64,000 nt of DNA from a virus, in the IMG/VR virus record IMGVR_UViG_3300028844_006431, positions 1 to 64,000 of that record. One strand, given 5' to 3'. The position numbers were made by a program, and so were the translations under genes. A model generated the notes under the pieces. The model saw only the letters and a program-made list of their open reading frames with translations, searched no databases and was not told the DNA's origin. Of the stretch, positions 56,026 through 64,000 are shown piece after piece; positions within the stretch are counted from its first letter, which is position 1, and the number at the start of each line of letters is the position of its first letter.

Positions 56026-56604
56026 ATGTTACACATTGGCGTTGATTTTTCCATCACAAGTCCTTGCGTTTGTTTTTGGAATACAAACAAAGAACATCTC
56101 TTTGAAAACTGTGACTTCTTTTTTCTAAAATCTCACAGCAAACAAAACGATTACCCATCAAATATTTCATTCGCAGATTCTTCATTTTCGAAAGACAACT
56201 CAATTCGTTTTTCTGAAAATGCTCAGGTTCTTAGGACTGAAATTAAAAAAAGACTTGACTCTTCACGCCATTATGCTATAATGATGGAAGGCTATTCAAT
56301 GGGAGCAAAGGGTAGACTTTTTGACATCGGTGAAGCCACAGGAATTTTCAAGTATTTTCTTTCGCAAGAAAAAATTAACCCAATTATAATAGCACCTTCA
56401 GTGATTAAAAAGATTGCTACAGGAAAAGGTAATGCGAATAAACATCAAATGCTTGAAAAATTTTTAGAAATAAATAATAGTTTACTCGAATCACAATGGG
56501 TAAAAAATCTTATTACGGAAAAGCGTTTACAATCTCCGTTGACCGATATTGTAGACGCTTTTTTTATTGCTAACTCATTCACGGTTTCATATGATCAAGG
56601 CTAA
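56026..56604 (+). CDS. ruvC: RuvC-like Holliday junction resolvase
   Basis: IGVDFS, MEGYS, E..G..K, P..IKK.ATGKGNA.K, DIVDAF.IA. Confidence 0.82.
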   Translation: MLHIGVDFSITSPCVCFWNTNKEHLFENCDFFFLKSHSKQNDYPSNISFADSSFSKDNSIRFSENAQVLRTEIKKRLDSSRHYAIMMEGYSMGAKGRLFDIGEATGIFKYFLSQEKINPIIIAPSVIKKIATGKGNANKHQMLEKFLEINNSLLESQWVKNLITEKRLQSPLTDIVDAFFIANSFTVSYDQG

Positions 56605-57505
56605 TATAGTTCAAGATAGTAGTCTTCCTACAGGAGAAAGATTATTGACATACAATCTCCGATATGGTAGACTTATTCATAGTGAACTTTTGCGGCATCG
56701 AGCAGCATCCCATTCAGTCAAAAGTTCAAGAGCAATTCCCACCAAGAAATATCGCAAAGAAGTTGAAAGCGATCCTTACATTCCAGTCAAATTTGGAACA
56801 AATCAGAAAGGTATGCAAGCTGGTAAACAAACAGCAGCCAGTGTAGCCTATGGTACTAAAATCTGGAAACTTTCAGCTAAGTTTGCTTGTATGGCACATT
56901 CACTCATGGAGTATGTGAATGTTCACAAAGAAGTTGCGAATCGTATTTTAGAACCTTATGTATGGGTTGAAGAAACATTGACAGTTGAATTTGACGCACT
57001 TCAACAAATTGCAGAGCTTCGTATTCATGATGATGCTCAAGAAGATATTCGTGCGATTGTTGAAGAAATGATTTATGAGGCAGAACAACATAAAGAGAGC
57101 AGTGTGATTCTTGAAGAAAATCAATGGCATGTGCCATATGTTATTCGTCAAGTGAATGGTAATATGATTTATAAAGATAATGATGGTAAAAACCTTACAC
57201 TGGATGAAGCAATCATTTGTTCAGCTGCAAGGTGTGCGAGAAGTTCTTATGCAAATCATGATAATTCAACAACTACATATGATAATGATACAAAACTTGC
57301 TGATCGATTGATTGGTTCTGAACCAATGCACTTGTCACCCTTTGAGCATCAAGCAAGAGCATTTATCAGTCAACAAGAACGTTATGAATTTGGCTCAAAT
57401 TTTCGTCATTTCTTTCAACAACGAAAGGCAATTGAGAGACAATATGCATCTACAAATCAAACCTCTGAAACCTTTGAAGAAGAAAACCTTCAGAAAGCTA
57501 GTTGA
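56591..57505 (+). CDS. thyX: Flavin-dependent thymidylate synthase
   Basis: ELLRHRAASHSVKSSRAIP (RHRx7SxR), AQEDIR, AARCARSSY, HLSPFEHQA; likely start MIKANIV. Confidence 0.88.
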   Translation: MIKANIVQDSSLPTGERLLTYNLRYGRLIHSELLRHRAASHSVKSSRAIPTKKYRKEVESDPYIPVKFGTNQKGMQAGKQTAASVAYGTKIWKLSAKFACMAHSLMEYVNVHKEVANRILEPYVWVEETLTVEFDALQQIAELRIHDDAQEDIRAIVEEMIYEAEQHKESSVILEENQWHVPYVIRQVNGNMIYKDNDGKNLTLDEAIICSAARCARSSYANHDNSTTTYDNDTKLADRLIGSEPMHLSPFEHQARAFISQQERYEFGSNFRHFFQQRKAIERQYASTNQTSETFEEENLQKAS

Positions 57506-58778
57506 AGAGAACTGGAGAAGTCCGAACAAAGCAATTCTTCAGCATATCGAAGATACAGCAGATCGAAAAGGCTATCCAAACATACCGAATTGGCTTGACT
57601 TCACTCAGGGAAAGAATGAAGTCGAAGTCTATTCGACATTGATGAATTATATTCTAACAAAACAACTTCCTCTACCAAGTTCAAGAGGAACGGAAGAGGA
57701 AGCTCAAAAGGCTTTTCACAAATATAAGTATAAAACATTTTCACCTTTTGTTCATTCGAATGATATTGATCGAGAACTCACACATCGCTTGACTGAAAGT
57801 TTGAAATATAAACATGACTATTGTGATGAGTATACATTAGGTTATTTTCCTCAATATACTCGAGCAAATCCTATTTCAAACTATTTTGCTGAAGGCGAGA
57901 GATTGTTATGTGAAGTGATCAATAAAGAATCACCAACTTTTCTCTGGACAGAAGAGCATGGTGTTTCTCGTTTGATGGACACAATGAGAAGAATCGGTGT
58001 GAAAAAATTGAATGAAGCAGCCTTCAAAAGTTTCTTTGCTCATGCGGGTCAAATTGCTGCTCAATTTAATGTGAACACGGCAAAGAACATTTATAACACC
58101 GCAAAGGGAGACGTCATCTTTGACATCTCTTGTGGATGGGGTGATCGATTGACAGGCTTCTATCTCTCAGAGAAAAGCACATATTATGGCACTGATCCAA
58201 ATCTAAATATGTTTGAGATTTATAAAGAGATGTGTCACACATATGAAAAATGGTTAGGTTGTGAAAGTATCCTTTATAAGGAAGGAAAAGATTATTTTGA
58301 AATTCATGGTAAGAAACATGTTCGTATCTACAATCTTCCCGCTGAAGATGTGAACTACGATGAAATACCAGATATTGATTTGACATTTTCATCTCCGCCA
58401 TATTTTAATAAAGAACTTTACGGCAAGAATTCAAAGGCGCAAAAGAATCAATCATGGAGCAGATATGTCACAGAGGATGCCTGGCTCACAGATTTTCTTT
58501 ATAAGATTATGGATGAACTCATACCTAAATCAAGAACAACAATGATCAATATCACTGATGTAGGTATTGATAAGAACCGAGTAAACATTTGTGATCCAAT
58601 GGTAGAACGATACAAAGATTCTTTTGTTGGTATCGCAGGATTTCAACTTTCAAAAAACATGAATGTCAAAGAAGAGAAAGATTTATTCCGAAAAGATACA
58701 ATTTATACAGAACCTATCTGGACATTCGGTGAACCTTTAGTTGAAAAAAATCGTGCTAAACTTTTAGACTTATTTTGA
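57444..58778 (+). CDS. Orphan amino-DNA methyltransferase (N4-C or N6-A)
   Basis: Motif I FDISCGWGDRL, YGTDPN and motif IV FSSPPYF..E.Y; likely start MHLQIK. Confidence 0.82.
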   Translation: MHLQIKPLKPLKKKTFRKLVEENWRSPNKAILQHIEDTADRKGYPNIPNWLDFTQGKNEVEVYSTLMNYILTKQLPLPSSRGTEEEAQKAFHKYKYKTFSPFVHSNDIDRELTHRLTESLKYKHDYCDEYTLGYFPQYTRANPISNYFAEGERLLCEVINKESPTFLWTEEHGVSRLMDTMRRIGVKKLNEAAFKSFFAHAGQIAAQFNVNTAKNIYNTAKGDVIFDISCGWGDRLTGFYLSEKSTYYGTDPNLNMFEIYKEMCHTYEKWLGCESILYKEGKDYFEIHGKKHVRIYNLPAEDVNYDEIPDIDLTFSSPPYFNKELYGKNSKAQKNQSWSRYVTEDAWLTDFLYKIMDELIPKSRTTMINITDVGIDKNRVNICDPMVERYKDSFVGIAGFQLSKNMNVKEEKDLFRKDTIYTEPIWTFGEPLVEKNRAKLLDLF

Positions 58779-58784
58779 GGAATT

Positions 58785-59069
58785 ATGGCATTACACCGCA
58801 TCACTGCTATCTTTGATAAAGATAAAGTATTTGAAAAGATGATCAATTTAGATTATCTAATTTCAATTGAACCTTATGCTGAAAAGAATAGTTGTTACTT
58901 AAAGTTTGTAACAACAACAGAAGACTTTAGTTTTGTTTATAATAACATGGAAGACATGAAAAAAGATTATGACAAAATTCACGAAAGCATGTCAGACCAA
59001 TTTAACTCAACACAAACAGTAATTGACGGATGTGTAGATATTCAAACATCTCAACTACTTACGGGGTAA
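58785..59069 (+). CDS. Hypothetical protein (94 aa)
   Basis: GAGG RBS; tight spacing in the operon. Confidence 0.6.
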   Translation: MALHRITAIFDKDKVFEKMINLDYLISIEPYAEKNSCYLKFVTTTEDFSFVYNNMEDMKKDYDKIHESMSDQFNSTQTVIDGCVDIQTSQLLTG

Positions 59070-59070
59070 T

Positions 59071-60525
59071 ATGAGAGAAGTAGACGTAGTAATCTTTGGC
59101 GCAGGTTCTGCTGGTATGTCAGTATATCGTGCCGTCAAGAAAGCAAACAAATCATGTATTCTAATTGAAAATCATCTTTACGGAACTACATGTGCGAGGG
59201 TGGGTTGTATGCCTTCGAAATTGCTGATTGCTGCCGCTCATGCTGCTCATGAAGTAAAGAAAGCTCATCAGTTTGGAATTCATACAGACTTAAACTCTCT
59301 TGAAATAAATCGTTCTCAAGTGATGAGAAGAATACGACAAGAAAGAGATCGTTTTGTTGGCTTTGTTCTTGAAGATATTCATGATTTTCCTAAAGAAGAT
59401 ATGGTGCTAGGTGATTATCATTTCATCAATGAAAACACAATTGAAAGTGAGATAGGTAGACAAATTCAAGCAAAAAGATTTGTCATTGCTACTGGTCAAA
59501 AACCATTTATTCTACCTGTTTTCTCAAATATACCTGATCGAATTCTTGATACAGAAGATTTCTTTAACTTTAAAATTCTACCCAAGAGTGTTGCTGTAAT
59601 TGGAACAGGAGCGATTGGTCTTGAAATCGGACAATCACTGACAAGATTGGGTGTAAAAACAACAATCTTGGGAATTGACCGTTTAATTGGTACACTTACA
59701 GATCCTGAGCTACTCAATATTGCGAATGATATATTCAAAGGTGAATGTCGAATCTTTAACGAAGCGAACATTCTTTCAGCAAATCTTGTAAATAAGCCCG
59801 ATGATGAATACGAAAAAGTTGTTGAACTTCATTGGGAAGAAAATGATATTCTACATACAGAACATTTTGAATATATTCTCTCAGCAACTGGTACAGTACC
59901 AAATCTCGCATCACTCAATTTAGAAGCTACACCTTTAAAGTTTGAGAAGAAAAGACCAGTCTACAATCGTCAAACATTGCAATGCGAGAATCTAGATGGT
60001 TCTTCTTCAAATTTCTTTATTGCTGGAGACATTACGGGTGAAAGAATGATTCTACATGAGGCAATCTGGGAAGGACAGTTTGTTGGTAAAAATGTAGTGG
60101 AATCAATGAGGGATGGTTATATTGATTCTGCTCCGAATCTAGTGATGTCAAGAGAAATTAAAACAGCATTGGGTGTAATCTTCACTGATCCTCAAATATG
60201 TATGGTAGGCAAAACCTATTCAGAACTTACTGATGAACATGCAATTGGTAGAGTTGATTATACAAGACAAGGTCGTTCAAGAATTGAACTGAAGAATTAT
60301 GGCGCACTTCACATCTATGGGAATCAAGAAACTCGCCAGATTGTTGGTTGTGAAATGTGTGGTCCTGCTGCTGAACATATTGGGCATCTGATTGCCTGGG
60401 CGATTGAAATGGGCTTGACAGTTGAGCAAGCCTTAGAAATGCCTTTTTATCATCCTGTGAAAGAAGAAGGTGTTCGTACTGCTTTACGTGATTTACAAAA
60501 AGAATTCAATGAACGACAAATCTGA
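59071..60525 (+). CDS. lpd: Dihydrolipoamide dehydrogenase-family pyridine nucleotide-disulfide oxidoreductase
   Basis: GAGSAG (FAD), GTTCARVGCMPSK (redox disulfide), GTGAIGLE (NAD), FIAGD, YHPVKEE (catalytic His-Glu). Confidence 0.9.
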   Translation: MREVDVVIFGAGSAGMSVYRAVKKANKSCILIENHLYGTTCARVGCMPSKLLIAAAHAAHEVKKAHQFGIHTDLNSLEINRSQVMRRIRQERDRFVGFVLEDIHDFPKEDMVLGDYHFINENTIESEIGRQIQAKRFVIATGQKPFILPVFSNIPDRILDTEDFFNFKILPKSVAVIGTGAIGLEIGQSLTRLGVKTTILGIDRLIGTLTDPELLNIANDIFKGECRIFNEANILSANLVNKPDDEYEKVVELHWEENDILHTEHFEYILSATGTVPNLASLNLEATPLKFEKKRPVYNRQTLQCENLDGSSSNFFIAGDITGERMILHEAIWEGQFVGKNVVESMRDGYIDSAPNLVMSREIKTALGVIFTDPQICMVGKTYSELTDEHAIGRVDYTRQGRSRIELKNYGALHIYGNQETRQIVGCEMCGPAAEHIGHLIAWAIEMGLTVEQALEMPFYHPVKEEGVRTALRDLQKEFNERQI

Positions 60526-60841
60526 AGAATATACTGATTACAATTCAGAAGTTGTTGATAAGATTGTTGAAAATGATCCGCAACTCAGTAAGATTGTTAC
60601 ACCTGTTGATGATTGGACTTACTGGGCCAAGTGGATTGGCAATTTCTTTCTAATTGTAGGGACACTTCTCACGAATCTAGAAATATATCCTTTCAACTAT
60701 ATTTTCACACTGATTGGTTTAAGTCTATGGGCAATTGTTGCTGCTCAATGGAATGACCGGTCACTTGTTGTACTCAATGTTTTTTTACTGGGAACAGTTT
60801 GTATGACTTTAGCTAATCACGTAAAACAATTCTTTTTGTGA
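60509..60841 (+). CDS. Small membrane protein (about 3 TM, DUF6552-like)
   Basis: WAKWIG...LT...IYPFN...G..LW..V...W.DR.L..LN; likely start MNDKS. Confidence 0.6.
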   Translation: MNDKSEEYTDYNSEVVDKIVENDPQLSKIVTPVDDWTYWAKWIGNFFLIVGTLLTNLEIYPFNYIFTLIGLSLWAIVAAQWNDRSLVVLNVFLLGTVCMTLANHVKQFFL

Positions 60842-61494
60842 ACAGATACATGGTATATTCAGACATCAAAATTGTAGCAGAGCGGGTTCAAACCGAGAAC
60901 ATTGAATTTTATCAAATTGAAAATTTCCTCACCAAATATGAATGTGACAATTTGATTGAGATTATGAAACCGAAATTGACACCTTCAAAAATAGTTCAAA
61001 ATTCGAATTCAAATGGATATCCAGATATAGTTAGCTCAGAGACACGAAGTAGTTCAACTTGTTATTTTTCAGACAAAAATGAATTACTTGTTTCAGTTGT
61101 TGAATCGAAAATGTCTCTAGTATCCGGAAATGATCCAAAGAAAAGTGAATCTCTACAAGGTCAACATTATACTGTAGGGCAAGAATTCAAGAGACATTTA
61201 GATACCTTTCCTTCAGGTGATGAGAACAATGCTCATCTGAGCAGAGGTGGTCAAAGAACTTGGACCTTCATGGTTTATTTGAATGATGTCGAATCTGGAG
61301 GTGAAACAGTATTTGATATGATTCCTCTGACTTTCATACCAAAAGCAGGAAAAGCAATTTTCTGGAATAACTTGACAATTGATTCAAAAGGTGATAAGAT
61401 CGTTAACATCTATGCTTCGCACTGCGGCCTCCCTGTGGTCAGCGGTGAAAAATATATCCTCACTAAATGGTTTCGTGAATCTTATTTCAAATAA
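60838..61494 (+). CDS. 2OG-Fe(II) oxygenase, prolyl 4-hydroxylase-like
   Basis: NFLT..EC, HLD, WTFMVYLND...GGET.F, H.G.PV.SGEKYILTKWFRE. Confidence 0.9.
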   Translation: MNRYMVYSDIKIVAERVQTENIEFYQIENFLTKYECDNLIEIMKPKLTPSKIVQNSNSNGYPDIVSSETRSSSTCYFSDKNELLVSVVESKMSLVSGNDPKKSESLQGQHYTVGQEFKRHLDTFPSGDENNAHLSRGGQRTWTFMVYLNDVESGGETVFDMIPLTFIPKAGKAIFWNNLTIDSKGDKIVNIYASHCGLPVVSGEKYILTKWFRESYFK

Positions 61495-61506
61495 TCAAGG
61501 ATTATA

Positions 61507-64000
61507 ATGTTTTACACAAACGTTGCTCTCATAGGCAATAATATGCATATGAGGTATATTGAAAACGGTGTGAGAAAACAAGGTAAATTTCGTTTCAGTC
61601 CCGAACTTTTCATCTCGCACCCGAACGGTGATTATGTCGATCTCAAAGGTAAACCCTATAAAAGCAAAACAGTCAAAAGTGTTTACGATGCTCGACAATA
61701 TGTCAAAGATTATTCTGTTGATGGTAACACAATCTGCGGCAATCCTAAACCTGAATTTGAATTCATTGATAAGTTCTTCAAAGAAGATGTTTCATTCGAT
61801 CAAGAATTGATCAACATTGTCTATCTTGATATTGAAGTTTTCACTGATGGTACCTTTCCTGATCCATCAGAATCAAAGTTTCCCATCAATGCGATTTCAC
61901 TTCGAACAAGAGGCGTCACCTATGCCTTTGGTCTCACCTATGAAGGTTGTGGTGATTTTGTAAATGACCGTGATGATATTATTGTTCAGCTATATGATAA
62001 CGAAGAAACTCTTCTCTCAAAGTTTATTCAACTCTGGACTGAGCTTGAGATCGATGTCATCTCTGGCTGGAACTCAACTACTTTTGACTTACCTTACATC
62101 TGTGGAAGAATTGAGAAAGTCTTAGGTGAAGACAGTATACGAAAACTCTCACCTTTTAACAATGTCTATGCTGGCACAAAACAAAACAGTTTCGGTCAGC
62201 GTGAGTTGTTCTATGTGATCAAAGGTATCTCTCAGTTAGATTATCTTGCTCTCTATAAAAAGTTCACCTTTGTCAATCGTGAAAGCTACAAGCTTGATTT
62301 CATTGCTGAAGTTGAGTTAGGTGACCATAAAGAAGATATCTCTGAGTTTGATAATCTGTTTGACTTGTATGAGAAAGACTTTCAACTGTTCATGGACTAT
62401 AACATCAAAGATACTGAACTTGTTGAACGGCTTGATGATCGATTGAAGTTTATGGATATCGCATTGACTCTTGCCTATTTTTCAAAGGTCAACTATGAAG
62501 ATATCTTCAGTCCGATGCGATACTGGGAAAACATCATTCAGAACTATTTGTATAGTGAAAAGATTGTTGTGCCTTATGAAAAGACTGTCAGTGAGAAAAC
62601 AGCCAAGTTTGAAGGTGCTTATGTCAAGTCACCGATCACAGGTAAGCATGAGTTTATGGTATCCTTTGACTTCACTTCTCTGTATCCTTATATCATTCGC
62701 ACATTCAATATCTCACCCGAGACAATTGAATATCAGAAGCCAATGACCATTGAGGATATTCTGAATCAGCAGAAAGATTTGTCTGAAGACTATCGTAAAG
62801 ATGTTGCTGTTGCCGCAAACGGCGTTCGCTTCTCAAGGAATCGAACAGGTTTCATTCCGACTCTTGTCAAGAGAATGCTTGACCTGAGAGTTGATTCAAA
62901 AAAGGCAATGATTTCAACGAGACAAGAAATTGAAAGACTGAAAGAAACAGGTGAAAAGTCTCGCATTTCTGAACTCGAAAAGAAGGCTGTTGCTCTCTAT
63001 AATATGCAGCTTGTTGCGAAAGTTGCCGCAAACTCCTTCTATGGTATTTGTGGTCTGAAATACTTCCGTTTCTATGACATTCGTCTAGCTGAAGCCGTCA
63101 CCTATTCAGGTCAGGCAGTCAATCGTTTTGTTGAAAACTATTTGAACAATTATCTAAATGAAACATTCAAGACAGACAACCTTGACTATGCTGCCTATAT
63201 GGATACCGATTCAATCTATTTTCGACTTGATGAGATTGTGAACAAGGTAATGCCAAACAAAAGTCGAGCAGAACAAAACAAGTTTGTTCAGAAAGTTGGC
63301 TACACAAAACTCTCTGAAAAGATTGACGAAGCTGTCGACAAGTTCAATAAATATCTGAACGTTCATGAAGAAGTTCTGAACATGAAGATTGAAGCAGTTG
63401 GTAGTGGTGTGTTCATCGCAAAGAAAAAATATGTGATGTCAATTGTTCACATGGAAGGTGTTGACTATGCTACACCAAAGATCAAGATGACCGGCGTCGA
63501 AGCAGTCAAATCATCAACACCCGCACCCGCAAGAGAAGCATTGACTGATTGTGCTAAGATTGTAGTTCAAGGCACAGAAGAAGAACTCATTGATTATGTT
63601 GCTGAATTTTCAAAGAAATGGTATTCACTCTCACCTGAAGAGATTGCCTTACCTACATCAATCAAAGGTATTCGCAAGTATCATCGTGGTGAAAATCAAT
63701 ATAAACTTGGATGTCCGATTCATGTAAGAGCAGGCATCAATTATAATTATTGGCTGAAAAGCCACAAACTGGAGAACTATTATTCTGATATCAAAGATGG
63801 CGCAAAAGTTAAGTATGTCTTTCTAAAAGACCAAAACTACACGAAAGAGAATGTGATTGCCTTTCCAAATCGTCTACCAAAAGAACTTGACCTACATGAT
63901 AAAGTTGATTTTGATGCGATGTGGGAAAGAGCATTTATCTCACCTCTCAAGATTATGTTAGAGCCAATCAAATGGCACTATGAAAAAAGAGTAAATCTTA
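61507..64000 (+). CDS. gp43: Family B DNA polymerase, T4 gp43-like (runs off the window; absent from the ORF track)
   Basis: ATG at 61507 after AAGGA; MFYTNV..., ExoI YLDIEV, ExoII GWNSTTFDLPYI, ExoIII YNIKD, SFDFTSLYP, KVAANSFYG, YMDTDS, in one frame where checked. Confidence 0.96.
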   Translation, partial: MFYTNVALIGNNMHMRYIENGVRKQGKFRFSPELFISHPNGDYVDLKGKPYKSKTVKSVYDARQYVKDYSVDGNTICGNPKPEFEFIDKFFKEDVSFDQELINIVYLDIEVFTDGTFPDPSESKFPINAISLRTRGVTYAFGLTYEGCGDFVNDRDDIIVQLYDNEETLLSKFIQLWTELEIDVISGWNSTTFDLPYICGRIEKVLGEDSIRKLSPFNNVYAGTKQNSFGQRELFYVIKGISQLDYLALYKKFTFVNRESYKLDFIAEVELGDHKEDISEFDNLFDLYEKDFQLFMDYNIKDTELVERLDDRLKFMDIALTLAYFSKVNYEDIFSPMRYWENIIQNYLYSEKIVVPYEKTVSEKTAKFEGAYVKSPITGKHEFMVSFDFTSLYPYIIRTFNISPETIEYQKPMTIEDILNQQKDLSEDYRKDVAVAANGVRFSRNRTGFIPTLVKRMLDLRVDSKKAMISTRQEIERLKETGEKSRISELEKKAVALYNMQLVAKVAANSFYGICGLKYFRFYDIRLAEAVTYSGQAVNRFVENYLNNYLNETFKTDNLDYAAYMDTDSIYFRLDEIVNKVMPNKSRAEQNKFVQKVGYTKLSEKIDEAVDKFNKYLNVHEEVLNMKIEAVGSGVFIAKKKYVMSIVHMEGVDYATPKIKMTGVEAVKSSTPAPAREALTDCAKIVVQGTEEELIDYVAEFSKKWYSLSPEEIALPTSIKGIRKYHRGENQYKLGCPIHVRAGINYNYWLKSHKLENYYSDIKDGAKVKYVFLKDQNYTKENVIAFPNRLPKELDLHDKVDFDAMWERAFISPLKIMLEPIKWHYEKRVNL

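Noticed and set aside
61491-61505. ATAATC-AAG-GATTAT mini-hairpin over the polymerase RBS as a gp43-type autoregulatory operator
   Set aside because: A six-pair AU-rich stem with a 3-nt loop is too weak and likely by chance in AT-rich DNA.
4275-62746. Dozens of 60-130 aa ORFs in the track lying antisense or out of frame within long genes (for example 6502-6696, 16582-16896, 22189-22590, 61495-61698, 62471-62746)
   Set aside because: They are shadows of well-supported genes, with no RBS or recognisable motifs.
61507-64000. Intron or intein in the DNA polymerase
   Set aside because: Motif spacing matches an uninterrupted gp43 and the frame is consistent where checked.

Overview
An AT-rich (roughly one-third G+C by eye), densely coding 64 kb segment of a large T4-like myovirus, probably a jumbo phage. 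Left to right: (1) a signalling operon unusual for a phage, with a SOUL heme-binding protein (partial), two PilZ proteins and a 7TM-receptor class III adenylate cyclase; (2) a repeat-rich fibre-like gene; (3) a 33 kb minus-strand baseplate block with two gp48-like genes, gp53, a gp27-like hub, gp5, six unknown genes, gp25, gp6, a 2986-aa gp7 carrying a degenerate Hint domain and repeats, and gp8; (4) gp4 and an SF2 helicase-like gene under a sigma70-type promoter that contains a palindrome; (5) probable head-packaged proteins, including a Pol-beta-type nucleotidyltransferase and a ligase-fold protein, with an HNH endonuclease among them; (6) three tail-collar fibre paralogues and two chaperone-like genes; (7) hsp20 with a ROSE-like RNA thermometer, small genes, a RuvC-like resolvase with an RBS-sequestering hairpin, ThyX, a DNA methyltransferase, a dihydrolipoamide dehydrogenase, a 2OG-Fe(II) oxygenase, and a family B DNA polymerase that runs off the right edge and is missing from the ORF track. 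No tRNA, rRNA or CRISPR array was seen. All family assignments come from recognising motifs by eye; no database search was run.
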